DNA of 64,000 bases from IMG/VR virus record IMGVR_UViG_3300027365_000007; one strand, written 5' to 3'. The notes beneath the pieces were generated by a model, which saw nothing but the letters and a program-made list of their open reading frames with translations, made no database searches and was not told where the DNA came from. Of the stretch, positions 1 to 9,608 are shown in pieces; within the stretch, counting starts at the first letter, position 1, and every line of letters begins with the position of its first letter. The position numbers and the translations under genes are program-made. The stretch is from a virus. Its lineage: Duplodnaviria; Caudoviricetes.

Positions 1-1500
1 TGAACTCATAAAATGTGTCGAATAGGTATTCATCGCTACAATGAATTTAAATAATAAATAGTTCATCTGTATAAGATTGTTTATTTCACGCTGAGTGTCT
101 TTATTTTCGCCATGCGCTCTATTCTTATCCTCATCGTCACTAAAATCATCACTAACAATAGACTCATCGTCTTCAGAAAGTTTAATGAGTCTAAGTTTAT
201 TAGGCTTCCTACCCCGTTCTATGCGGTAATCGACTCCATTTGCCTCAAAATCCAACGACACCATCATATGCTTACCGTTTACGTTATTCACCAAATCGTC
301 TTTCTTTGAGGTGGTGATAGTATCCCCATATAACGCATAACTCAGTCCATTTATCACAGTGGTATTGTGTGTAGGTATATAATCGTCAGTAATATACAAT
401 GCATCGTCATCAGCAATTTTAATACATGCAACGTCTTGTTTTTCTACCGTCTTGATCGACTTTATCACCGAACATAGGTTCTTCTGCATTGGGAAATCTT
501 TTTTGAATTCAAGACTAAACAGCTTGTTTGCATCTGGGTATTTGCTACGCAAAATAATGTCTTTCTCAGTATCAGCAACACCATTGGTCTTATCACGAAT
601 AGTATAGGCAATGAATTTCAAATTAGAAACACCCGATAGACTCCACGCTATGCGTTGTAGATCCTTCGCTAGACGCTTCTCATCGTCACCAAAGAAGCTC
701 ACTACGTATTCCTCATCTTGCTCACCACGCGCATCGTTGAATCCCATCATAAGGTCACGGCGTTGGTAGTAGGATGAATCCATATAATTAACTGGAATGT
801 AGCGCTCTTCGTCTAGACACATGTCTGTAACAAATTTAATTAAAGGACAAAGGTTGTCCACGCGGTATTTCATATATAAGTCACCACCTACATAATTATA
901 GTCATAAAGACTTTCGGGCATATAAACCTTCAGTTTATGAAACACCTCATATGACACATCTTTAAACAAAACACCACCATTTTCAATACTACCACACGCC
1001 AAATATAGACCTAATGCATAAGGGCAAGTAGGGAGTACAGATTCCTTATCACCAATTTGATCAACCACTGGTAATTTTACATGAACGCCAGATTTCATAG
1101 CATCGTATATTTCTCTAGTATCCACTGTTTTATAATCGTCTCCCATGTAGACGTTCCACAGATGTTCCTTGCAACAATGCGTAGTCTTTCCATCATGGGT
1201 TTTTATTTCATAAACAGTGCGTTTACCTTGAGGATATTTCCCCATAACAACACTGGTAGTCCCTTTAGGCGTTAAAACAAAGTCTCCAATATCAATATCC
1301 TTCATGGTTTTCCAACCATAAGGGGTGCGAATCTTTGAATACATGGGTTGTGCTTTTCCAACACCATTTCGTATACCTTCACCATAGTCTGGGTTACTGC
1401 CCAGAATAAGTGTTACAAATCCTTCGTCTATATTAACACTTTGTGTTACTTGTCCCACTGAAAAAAAGTTTCTCAGAGTAAGGTTTTTAAATTTAATCAT
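1..1500 (-). CDS. sbcC: SbcC/Rad50/T4 gp46-like recombination ATPase, intein-containing; 3' end runs off the window
   Basis: Hand translation from the ATG at 1500: MIKFKNLTLRNFFSVG...GIRNGVGK|intein|TTVINGLSYALYG...YRIERGRKPN. No stop was met in the stretches translated, and the frame is still open at base 1. Lies directly downstream of sbcD. Absent from the ORF track because it has no stop in the window. Confidence 0.93.
   Translation of the reverse strand, partial: MIKFKNLTLRNFFSVGQVTQSVNIDEGFVTLILGSNPDYGEGIRNGVGKAQPMYSKIRTPYGWKTMKDIDIGDFVLTPKGTTSVVMGKYPQGKRTVYEIKTHDGKTTHCCKEHLWNVYMGDDYKTVDTREIYDAMKSGVHVKLPVVDQIGDKESVLPTCPYALGLYLACGSIENGGVLFKDVSYEVFHKLKVYMPESLYDYNYVGGDLYMKYRVDNLCPLIKFVTDMCLDEERYIPVNYMDSSYYQRRDLMMGFNDARGEQDEEYVVSFFGDDEKRLAKDLQRIAWSLSGVSNLKFIAYTIRDKTNGVADTEKDIILRSKYPDANKLFSLEFKKDFPMQKNLCSVIKSIKTVEKQDVACIKIADDDALYITDDYIPTHNTTVINGLSYALYGDTITTSKKDDLVNNVNGKHMMVSLDFEANGVDYRIERGRKPNKLRLIKLSEDDESIVSDDFSDDEDKNRAHGENKDTQREINNLIQMNYLLFKFIVAMNTYSTHFMSS
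364..1353 (-). mobile_element. Class 3 (Ala1) intein, 330 aa, with a degenerate LAGLIDADG domain, inserted in the SbcC Walker A motif
   Basis: Starts AQPMYSKIRTPYGW right after Walker A GK. Block B is CKEHLW, block F is VACIKI, and the end is IPTHN|T. The W/C/T triad is the class 3 signature. LAGLIDADG-like motifs are ALGLYLACG and LMMGFNDARG. Confidence 0.9.
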
Positions 1501-1515
1501 TTACTACACTACCTC

Positions 1516-2547
1516 TTATAATTCGTTATATATTTCAATAAGGTACGCTGGATCATACTCGCCTGAGTCCATAGAATTGATTTGATCAACAACAATAGTA
1601 TCCACACTATCACATGTTGCTGCTTCCTCAACTTCTAATCCTTCATTATCACCGCTGTCTACTCTAGGTAGGAGCTTTATTGATCGAATGTCATATTTAT
1701 CCAACAACATGTCTCTAAACGAAGATACTTCAGAATACGTCACATCTGATTCATTGTAGTCAACTTTCATGTGTAACTTTGAAACATTGTCGAAAAACTT
1801 GTCAGGGTTGTCGCAAACCATACTATACTCATAACGGCGATACTTAGGTGCATCCGGCCAGTGATAGTATTCGGGCTCCCGATCCCATTCTAATATCATA
1901 ACGCCTCTCTCGTCGTCCCAGACATCATTAAAATCATGGGGGAAGGCATTACCTATGTAGGTTACGTTTCCTTGTGTCTGTCGTTTATGGAAGTGTCCTG
2001 TGAATACTTTACCGGCATTATTGAAGTCATCGTCCTTGAGTTCACCAGTATCTGGCATTTTAACCATAGAGTTTAAATAAAAATTAGGCAGCTCAAAATG
2101 ACCAAAGACATACTTATACTTCGTATTTCGTATTTCTTTCCATTCGTCGCCAACCAACCACGGATAAAACGCCACGTCACCTTTGATCATTTTATGATCT
2201 ACATAGATGATATTTTCCAAGTCCCTTGCGTATACTAGAGATGAAATATCACGATTATCACGGAAATATAGATCATGGTTACCTACAATAAAGTATGTTT
2301 CCTCAAAATGATCGTTTAATAACTTCATACCTTCATATGAATAGTTCAGAGTTTCTACATTAACGGTTTGTCGGTTATGATGCCAGTCACCGAGAAAGAT
2401 ACAGGTCTTTATGTCACGTTCTTGTGCCTGTTTAATCATCCATTTAATAAATTCTACACAATCTTCATTATGCTCTTGTGAATTAGATTTATTACCAAAA
2501 TGTATATCACCAAAACAAATCGCTTTGTCAAATAATTTTTCAGTCAT
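1516..2547 (-). CDS. sbcD: SbcD/Mre11/T4 gp47-like metallophosphoesterase nuclease
   Basis: Motifs GDIHFG, FLGDWHH, IVGNHD, VFGHFE and FTGHFH; adjacent to sbcC. Confidence 0.95.
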   Translation of the reverse strand: MTEKLFDKAICFGDIHFGNKSNSQEHNEDCVEFIKWMIKQAQERDIKTCIFLGDWHHNRQTVNVETLNYSYEGMKLLNDHFEETYFIVGNHDLYFRDNRDISSLVYARDLENIIYVDHKMIKGDVAFYPWLVGDEWKEIRNTKYKYVFGHFELPNFYLNSMVKMPDTGELKDDDFNNAGKVFTGHFHKRQTQGNVTYIGNAFPHDFNDVWDDERGVMILEWDREPEYYHWPDAPKYRRYEYSMVCDNPDKFFDNVSKLHMKVDYNESDVTYSEVSSFRDMLLDKYDIRSIKLLPRVDSGDNEGLEVEEAATCDSVDTIVVDQINSMDSGEYDPAYLIEIYNEL

Positions 2548-2628
2548 TTGTTATTATGTACCTGTTGTAAATTCGAGACTTACATCCCAAATTTATTACT
2601 TCGTAATTATTATTATTTTAAAATTTTA

Positions 2629-3393
2629 TTATTTTATAAGTTTTGAGTAATTCACTATTGTCGAAAGCTTATCCATCTTCTCATCCAAGCCAAATGGCAG
2701 CTCCGAGTAATCACTTACATATTTCTGTATATATCCAAGTGATGAAGACAAAAATTCCTTGAATAGAGAGACCCTACACATGTTCTTTAGTGTAGTTTCA
2801 TGTATCATGAGAACATCAGATAACTTCTTCTCAAAACTATTACTACTAATAGAAATGGATTCATGAAGATAATATGCAAATATTCTCGCCGATTGTTTAT
2901 TAAGTATGTTACGCCCCAGTGGTTCAGACATAGCCGTTAAAAACTGATACGGCCACTTATTACTTCCTCTACAACCATCCACCAATGTATCTTCATCAAT
3001 ATTTATAACTTCATGTGGAATCATGTTATAAGTACAATACTTATCAAATAACGTTCTAACATGAGTATTATCTTTAACGAACCGCTCGACATAACATTCA
3101 TCTTTCAATATATCCATAATATCTTTTGCTTTGGGATCACAAATAAAAAACAATGTGTTAAGAAACTCAGTAGATTGTAAGCAGGATTCATTGCAACCAA
3201 AAAGAATATATTGAAATACTTTTCTATCAGAAAAAAACTTCATCGTCGTTGTTGCTAGTTCCAATAACTCATGTGTACCAAACTCAGGAATCGAATCTAA
3301 TGATTCTTTCAATGTACTAATAAACTCTTTACGACTCTCAATATCTGATTGCGCAAATTGTTTTACGTCAATGTAACGTATGTCTAATCCCAT
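2629..3393 (-). CDS. Hypothetical protein (254 aa)
   Basis: Long ORF with AGAGGT RBS, co-oriented with neighbours; no recognisable motif. Confidence 0.75.
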   Translation of the reverse strand: MGLDIRYIDVKQFAQSDIESRKEFISTLKESLDSIPEFGTHELLELATTTMKFFSDRKVFQYILFGCNESCLQSTEFLNTLFFICDPKAKDIMDILKDECYVERFVKDNTHVRTLFDKYCTYNMIPHEVINIDEDTLVDGCRGSNKWPYQFLTAMSEPLGRNILNKQSARIFAYYLHESISISSNSFEKKLSDVLMIHETTLKNMCRVSLFKEFLSSSLGYIQKYVSDYSELPFGLDEKMDKLSTIVNYSKLIK

Positions 3394-3438
3394 AATTTTT
3401 ATACCTCTAGGTGAATTCTAGAGGTATATTGCTTTTTG

Positions 3439-3882
3439 TCAAGCTTTTGATGTGGAATTCATTACATCTAATACAACGATATTACATGTGTTTAAACTAT
3501 GACAGATATTATCACATATTACTAAATCCTCAATGATAACACCTATATTAACTTCACCGTTATCTCTAAACTGAATAGATGTTATTTCCAATTCCATCTT
3601 ATCGCCCAAGATATATTCGAGTGTGTAATAAATCCCATATGCTTTTTCAGTTCTTGTAATTTTGAATCTATCAAATATATCCCATACTTTTCTAGGAGCT
3701 TTATCACAGCCAATACGTTGTTTCTTTTCTTCTTTATCTGGGTAATTATCCCACCATTTCACTACTTCACGCACAACCGTATTTGTTTCTTCATCAATGT
3801 TCTTTTCGACCATTTCATTCCAGCTTTTAAAAACTTCGTCGTAATGTTTCAATTCATTGGGAACATTGTATATAAACTCCAT
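3439..3882 (-). CDS. Conserved-type jumbo phage hypothetical protein
   Basis: 147-aa ORF with AAGGAAG RBS; function unknown. Confidence 0.7.
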   Translation of the reverse strand: MEFIYNVPNELKHYDEVFKSWNEMVEKNIDEETNTVVREVVKWWDNYPDKEEKKQRIGCDKAPRKVWDIFDRFKITRTEKAYGIYYTLEYILGDKMELEITSIQFRDNGEVNIGVIIEDLVICDNICHSLNTCNIVVLDVMNSTSKA

Positions 3883-3898
3883 AAGTCTTCCTTTTAAG

Positions 3899-3932
3899 CA
3901 AAAAAGGCCATGGAATATTGTTCCGATGGCCT
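3899..3932 (-). terminator. Rho-independent terminator-like hairpin
   Basis: AGGCCA-TCGGAA...TTCCA-TGGCCT followed by a T-run on the minus strand. Confidence 0.65.
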
Positions 3933-3942
3933 GTAATAAAAT

Positions 3943-3978
3943 TTAGAGATTTTCGTTTTCATTCATAGTGAATATCAT
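3943..3978 (-). CDS. Putative 11-aa mini-ORF (MIFTMNENENL)
   Basis: TATAAATA at 3989-3996, then GTGAGGT RBS, ATG, 11 codons, TAA and a terminator hairpin. Confidence 0.3.
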   Translation of the reverse strand: MIFTMNENENL

Positions 3979-4016
3979 ACCTCACAATTATTTATATCAC
4001 AACATACATGATTATC

Positions 4017-5897
4017 TTAGTACTTAATACAATATAGCATAGCAACGTTCATCGGGCGTGTCTCATCGCCACCAGCAGGATCTGTTGTGAATGTATGGTT
4101 ATGTTCACCAGCATACCCGGTAGGATGACTATTTGAGTATCTTTCGTCACGGTTCGCAGTATTCACTAAAGCAAAAAGATTTTGTGAGCCATTACTTTCG
4201 ATAGGTAACGAATGTCTGTGATTTCCATCCATATCAGTTGAACCACCATGCTCATGTTCACCTATCTGGTCACTTTCTTCATTACCAACGGGTCTAGTAG
4301 CGCTTGCACCACGTATAAACTGGTTTTCTAACATAGGTAAGTTAAAGGTAGTAACACCATCACCAGAACCATATAAAGTACCTATGTAAGCATATAAGTC
4401 TGCATAAGTAGTTCTACTTATAGCAGAACCATCACACACTAGCCATCCATCAGGCGCAGTTGTTCCAGCGAAAGGTAAAACAGCTCCCGGTGGCAATAGC
4501 TGGTTGGTGATTAGGGAGTTGGTCGGAACTTGAGAGGGATCGGTACCTATATCTCTCTGCGAAGCCGTTCCTAGTCCATTTACGTTCGCTGGTACATCTT
4601 TTAAGTTATTCCAAGAAACCTTACCATTGGAATCAGCAACCTCTGTATTACCAACATTATAACCAGTAGCACTTGACACCCTACCTTTTGAATAAATTCC
4701 ATTAGTTGGTATAAGACTACTTTCAGTGTAATTATTAGAGACCAATAATCCACCAGCATAGAGTCTTTGTTTTTGAGATCCATTAACAATACCTATAGCA
4801 TTATTGCTGTCCAATGTGGACTGTGCACTATCTGCTTTAATATCTAAAAATGAAGTACCATTAGAATATCGTATTTTATTACCACCAGTGATCGTCACTT
4901 GCCCCGTTATAGTATCACCTGAACTATTAACAAACATGTTATTCAGATCACTGAATTGATAGCCATCTAATTTATCAGCGTCCAATTCAGACCCATCACC
5001 ATCAACTGTAATTAGCCGAGCCAATATTTCAGGACCATTGAACCTAGCTTCAAGATCTTCTACCTTAGTATTAACAATATTCACAGCATTGCTTGTTGCA
5101 ATGCTTTCGCTACTTGAGGATGATACTTGGTCTGACAATGGATGATTAGCATCTGTATGAATGGTATACCATGACTCAAAGTCATCAATACCCAATGTAC
5201 CATCATTTCTACGAAACTTGATATCATCTGAGTCAGTGGATAAGAATATTTGTGCAGCTTTAGGGTTTGTCTGAGAAGGATCTGTTCTTAAACGTGATGA
5301 TATGATATAACCTTGCTCACCTGTTGCTGGTCTATTAAGTGTACTATAACCCGCAACGAATATACCACTAGTCATGGTATTAGCATTTGATTCTGGTACA
5401 TCGGGGTAATTTAAAAGACTATCAAAATCAAAATCACTTTCTATGATACTTGTACCATCAGAGCTTACTTGTAAGAACTTATCAGCCGCAGATGCACTTG
5501 TTGGCTTTATATCAGTAACAGATATATCACTTGGTACTAACTGTCCTTCCGAATTTATCTTAACAAAGTCGTTTTCACCATATTCAGACCAGTCTAGGTC
5601 GTTCGGTACCAATAGGCGATTATGATAACCTCCTTCAGTTGATGAGTAAATGAAAACATGTTTTTCATCTTCATTTTCAGAAGATATTGAAGTACCTTGG
5701 ATATAACCAGCATTCCAATCATCATTGTATGTCGGTGACTTTGCTATTCCTATGGTTTGTTCAACAAGGTTCTCAAAAGTAATATGTTCATCCAAACCAT
5801 TTGTGCGTGACAATAGCTTACTATTATCATTTAGATAATTTCTTGGATTTAAATCGTCTAGATTGACAAGATTATCTGTTGTTATATTATCTGCCAT
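4017..5897 (-). CDS. Tail fibre protein with C-terminal phage tail collar domain
   Basis: Collar motif PPGAVLPFAGTTAPDGWLVCDGSAISRTTYADLY...FNLP...FIRG; ends ETRPMNVAMLYCIKY; internal LDADKLDG motif. Confidence 0.9.
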   Translation of the reverse strand: MADNITTDNLVNLDDLNPRNYLNDNSKLLSRTNGLDEHITFENLVEQTIGIAKSPTYNDDWNAGYIQGTSISSENEDEKHVFIYSSTEGGYHNRLLVPNDLDWSEYGENDFVKINSEGQLVPSDISVTDIKPTSASAADKFLQVSSDGTSIIESDFDFDSLLNYPDVPESNANTMTSGIFVAGYSTLNRPATGEQGYIISSRLRTDPSQTNPKAAQIFLSTDSDDIKFRRNDGTLGIDDFESWYTIHTDANHPLSDQVSSSSSESIATSNAVNIVNTKVEDLEARFNGPEILARLITVDGDGSELDADKLDGYQFSDLNNMFVNSSGDTITGQVTITGGNKIRYSNGTSFLDIKADSAQSTLDSNNAIGIVNGSQKQRLYAGGLLVSNNYTESSLIPTNGIYSKGRVSSATGYNVGNTEVADSNGKVSWNNLKDVPANVNGLGTASQRDIGTDPSQVPTNSLITNQLLPPGAVLPFAGTTAPDGWLVCDGSAISRTTYADLYAYIGTLYGSGDGVTTFNLPMLENQFIRGASATRPVGNEESDQIGEHEHGGSTDMDGNHRHSLPIESNGSQNLFALVNTANRDERYSNSHPTGYAGEHNHTFTTDPAGGDETRPMNVAMLYCIKY

Positions 5898-5900
5898 GTG

Positions 5901-6296
5901 TTATCCTTTAAATGGCGCTTTAGGTCTATATTCCTTATTTGGGAATTTTTTACTCTCTGGCCATTTTTGTAATTTCTTAATATATCGTTTTAATTTAAAA
6001 TATTTATAAACAGTTAAATCTACATTATTTAGGCATTGTGAGTACCTAATTATTTGATCTCGAACCCATTGTCTTTCTAGATCTTTATAATCATCAATGG
6101 TAAACTCTGCATAGATCCACTCATTATCGATGGTGTTGAATATAATCTTACATCCATCCTTGGGTTCAGGAGGGACTATCTCAGTTGTGTCAGGAGGTAT
6201 TAGAAATACCCCCGGTTGCCTCGGTGATTCTTGTGCATATTCATAGCCAACATATATCTTAGTTTCTGGCTCAAATTTATATACTTTCTTCTCCAT
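5901..6296 (-). CDS. Tail fibre assembly chaperone-like protein
   Basis: MEKKVYKFEPETKIYVG...ESPRQPGVFLIPPDTTEIVPP is Tfa-like; lies between two fibre genes. Start moved to 6296 because of the AGAGG RBS. Confidence 0.75.
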   Translation of the reverse strand: MEKKVYKFEPETKIYVGYEYAQESPRQPGVFLIPPDTTEIVPPEPKDGCKIIFNTIDNEWIYAEFTIDDYKDLERQWVRDQIIRYSQCLNNVDLTVYKYFKLKRYIKKLQKWPESKKFPNKEYRPKAPFKG

Positions 6297-6307
6297 GGTT
6301 ATGCCTC

Positions 6308-7843
6308 TTAATATTTTATACAATACAAAAGAGCAACGTTACGAGGGCGAGTTTCGCCGTCTGTAGTGTCTGAGACACGAGCATCAGTTGAGCCAGCACT
6401 ATCAAAATGTAAATATCTTGAGGGGGCTATTGGGTATCCACTAGCCCCCGAAGCAAATTCACTCCACGTAGACGATGAAACGCTGAAAGCACCAGATGGA
6501 TTATAGAATATCCCAGCACTACTACCTATAACGGCATGGACTGTGCCAGTAATTCGCTGCATTTGATCAAGTTGTGTAGTTCCGAAGTAACGGGCCGTAT
6601 CGACACCGCGCCCATCATCCCATCCACGTATAAATTCACCACGTAAATCAGGCACAGCGAAGGTTCCATCAACTTCCGATCCACCAAATGTTCTACCTAT
6701 TTGTGCAAAAAGTTCAGGATATACACTCTCGTCCAACAATGCCCCATTACACTTGATATAACCGTCTGGTGGTGTCGGCATTGCAACTGCGAACACCGTT
6801 CCCGTAGGCACACCATTGAGGTAAGCTAGAAGTCCATCGATATAGTCCTTGCTGTACACTTCTAAATTGTCTCTAGCTAACGACTTGCTAGTAAGTTCAG
6901 AAAGATTCAAACCTTTTTGTAAATACCTTGCATCACTTTCAGTAGTGGAAAATACATTCAGGTTATTTCTAGCACTAGCTTTATTGGTCAAATCATTTAG
7001 ATTATCTTGTACTTTTAAAAAGCGTGAATCACTGATTGATTTCCCATAGTAATTATCCTTCAAAGTAGTCGGAACTACAGCTACATCACTTCTAAGACCA
7101 TCCTGCACTTCTGGACTGGTACCGATTTCCAGAACACCTGCATACGATGTAGTACTGTTTTGTTTAATATTGTCAAATGACAATATAGGGTTATTAATAT
7201 CCGACAAATTGGCATTTTTAGCCAAATACCTTGCATCACTCTCAGCTTCAGATAATACTTCTAGTGATGCACGAGCAATAGATGGATTGTTTATATCCTG
7301 TAAATCATTGGTCACACGTAGATAACGATTATCTAGATCGGATATTGCATTGCCTTCCAACGTCTGTGCATTGATGGTAAACTCGTCAGGGTCAAACTGA
7401 ACCGCTTCTATTTGGCGACTTCCAGATTTAACTCTTAAAAAGAATCCACTAGAAGTGTCGTTATCAGCACGTAAGCTCGGTATTTCAATAAAACTCTGGT
7501 CAACAACACCAGAAGAATTCACTTGTAAATACTGATATTGATTAACTGAAATATTACTCCAATCAATATTATTAGAATCTAGTTTTTTATTCACAAAAGA
7601 TGACGTAGCAGAATCATACACCACAGTCTCACCTTCTGAAGGTGATTCAACCGTCAAGTCTGTACCATCCAATAGTTGTGCATTCCATCCATCAGGTTGT
7701 TCAGAACGCAATGTATCGGCAATGTCTACGACGAAATCGCTATAGAACATTTTCTTGTAACCATTCTGGTCAACTAAAAGTTTTGCCCCATCTTGAATAT
7801 CTGTTATTGGGGTTAAGTCATTAATATATACTCGTTCTGTCAT
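6308..7843 (-). CDS. Tail fibre protein with internal repeats and C-terminal collar domain
   Basis: About four RYL.K..NL.D/EL....AR.NL repeats; collar GVPTGTVFAVAMPTPPDGYIKCNG...VPDLRGEFIRGWDDGRG; ends ETRPRNVALLYCIKY. Confidence 0.9.
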   Translation of the reverse strand: MTERVYINDLTPITDIQDGAKLLVDQNGYKKMFYSDFVVDIADTLRSEQPDGWNAQLLDGTDLTVESPSEGETVVYDSATSSFVNKKLDSNNIDWSNISVNQYQYLQVNSSGVVDQSFIEIPSLRADNDTSSGFFLRVKSGSRQIEAVQFDPDEFTINAQTLEGNAISDLDNRYLRVTNDLQDINNPSIARASLEVLSEAESDARYLAKNANLSDINNPILSFDNIKQNSTTSYAGVLEIGTSPEVQDGLRSDVAVVPTTLKDNYYGKSISDSRFLKVQDNLNDLTNKASARNNLNVFSTTESDARYLQKGLNLSELTSKSLARDNLEVYSKDYIDGLLAYLNGVPTGTVFAVAMPTPPDGYIKCNGALLDESVYPELFAQIGRTFGGSEVDGTFAVPDLRGEFIRGWDDGRGVDTARYFGTTQLDQMQRITGTVHAVIGSSAGIFYNPSGAFSVSSSTWSEFASGASGYPIAPSRYLHFDSAGSTDARVSDTTDGETRPRNVALLYCIKY

Positions 7844-8760
7844 TAGTAATCTCCGTCTATACCTAATACGCCATCGCCATATAATCCAAGTGCACCGTCA
7901 GTATCGCCAATACCCAGTACCTGATTTGGTGGTGGTGTTGGCATATCTGTGAATTCACCAGCGACAACCCCAGCAATATTCCAGCGCTGAATTCTATAAT
8001 AAATCTTCGTACTATGATCGGACGGTTGAGTAAATAACACCCGTAGCTTGGAATTAACTGTATCAACTGACGCATCAAACTGTATGAAGCTACCATCTAT
8101 CGCAGCATTCATTAATAGTTGATCATCGTCAAATCCAATGTATTCTTGACCGTCTCCACTCACTGAGTTGTCTCCCATCAATGTCATCGTGCCACTACGG
8201 CGATGCCAGCCGTCGTTCTGAACCAATGTATATTCCACCTGTAAGTGGTATACTTGCTTCATATCAAATTCTAAAAATACTCCCGCATCAGAACTATCTA
8301 GTACCTTTGTCATAAGACTTCTTGAGGGTCTTAGTGATGTCGAAGGGGAATAATTGGCATTAAAATCAGAAGGATGAATGTAATCATTAACATTTTCACT
8401 TGTAACTATTTCAATATTACGTTCTAAACGCGCAACATCGTCGGGGCGATTAGCGTTAATGAAATTAACAATTTCAACAGCTTTAGTGTGATCTTCAGCT
8501 TCAATTGTAAGACCTTCACTTATTTCATAACTGTTATAGTCAACACTACTGTCGAGCATTGATTGAATTTCTTGAACCGCATTCGGGAAAGCGTCTACTG
8601 ACACGACATTTGCATTAACATAGGTCGAATCTTGAGGATCTGTGCCTATGAAAAGCTGTGCAGTATCCGTTGTGAAACCGAATTCACCAGAATCTAGGGT
8701 AGGTAGTTCAGAGCGCAAGCCCTGACGTTGTAAAATCTTTTCGTAGCGTATATCAGCCAT
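7843..8760 (-). CDS. Virion structural protein with Mtd_N-like N-terminus
   Basis: N-terminus KILQRQGLRSELPTLDSGEFGFTTDTAQLFIG resembles fibre attachment domains; TAATG coupling to the next gene. Confidence 0.7.
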   Translation of the reverse strand: MADIRYEKILQRQGLRSELPTLDSGEFGFTTDTAQLFIGTDPQDSTYVNANVVSVDAFPNAVQEIQSMLDSSVDYNSYEISEGLTIEAEDHTKAVEIVNFINANRPDDVARLERNIEIVTSENVNDYIHPSDFNANYSPSTSLRPSRSLMTKVLDSSDAGVFLEFDMKQVYHLQVEYTLVQNDGWHRRSGTMTLMGDNSVSGDGQEYIGFDDDQLLMNAAIDGSFIQFDASVDTVNSKLRVLFTQPSDHSTKIYYRIQRWNIAGVVAGEFTDMPTPPPNQVLGIGDTDGALGLYGDGVLGIDGDY

Positions 8761-8796
8761 AAATACTTGTTCCTATTGTTATAAGTATTTATGGTT

Positions 8797-8828
8797 ATTG
8801 AAAAGAGTCCTTAAGGACTCTTTTCAAT
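8797..8828. terminator. Perfect 32-bp palindrome, probable bidirectional terminator
   Basis: ATTGAAAAGAGTCCTTAAGGACTCTTTTCAAT is its own reverse complement. Confidence 0.8.
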
Positions 8829-8900
8829 GTAATTCGTCAGGACGCTCACTGCGTTCGACGCCTTCCTCACAATAAAGACAAAAGCCGTCTAATCGGTCTT

Positions 8901-9608
8901 TCAGACCTCTAACCAGCGGACTGCTCTGGTCCTATGGGAATAAGGCTTGTTATTGTAGTACTGAGATCCATATCTGAAACTCTGCATCCAAGAAGTAGCA
9001 GGAGTGTATTCCATCGACGACCAATACCAAGGATGTGTTAAGACATCAAATGCTTGACTACCACCTTCAACAAAATCACTAACAGATGTCTGGGACGGCT
9101 CACTCGTCGTATAAGAGCTACCTTCAGGACTACTGTTTGGATTTGTGCCGTTAACAGCATCATGAAGAGGTCGGGTGTTTGTATAATTATCATCAGTAGT
9201 GGGCTTCAGAAACCGATAACAAATTTCCAATTCATCGGGTGCTGGTAGATGCCAATCATTAAACCCATTAATATCTAAGTTAGCACAGTATTGTGCGGCA
9301 GGATGATCACTCAGACCAACCGCTATGATAGCGTCCATATTGGCTTTGCCATTATACGTACTGGTAGCGCCACTGGTGGTCGTTTGACTCGTTTTCCATT
9401 GAAGAGTACCATTATATTCACCTAATTCTTTAGGGGCTATAATGATAGCGTATTCCTTTCCGTCCACTAAAATATTACCACCGGCATAGTAGCCACCAGC
9501 GCTTTCGATGTACTTGCCAGCATCCGCTACTAGCTCTGGTGTTGTGAATACTTGGTTTTCGCGAATGCGAATGTTATTGAGCCCTGCGTTATATATTTTG
9601 ACAGCCAT
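8901..9608 (-). CDS. DUF1566/C-type lectin-fold protein, candidate DGR target
   Basis: Motifs HPAAQYC...GFNDWHLPAPDEL and C-terminal YWSSMEY...SW.QSF..G.Q....K.....RAVR. Late-promoter motif at 9643-9649 and GGAG RBS. Confidence 0.85.
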   Translation of the reverse strand: MAVKIYNAGLNNIRIRENQVFTTPELVADAGKYIESAGGYYAGGNILVDGKEYAIIIAPKELGEYNGTLQWKTSQTTTSGATSTYNGKANMDAIIAVGLSDHPAAQYCANLDINGFNDWHLPAPDELEICYRFLKPTTDDNYTNTRPLHDAVNGTNPNSSPEGSSYTTSEPSQTSVSDFVEGGSQAFDVLTHPWYWSSMEYTPATSWMQSFRYGSQYYNNKPYSHRTRAVRWLEV

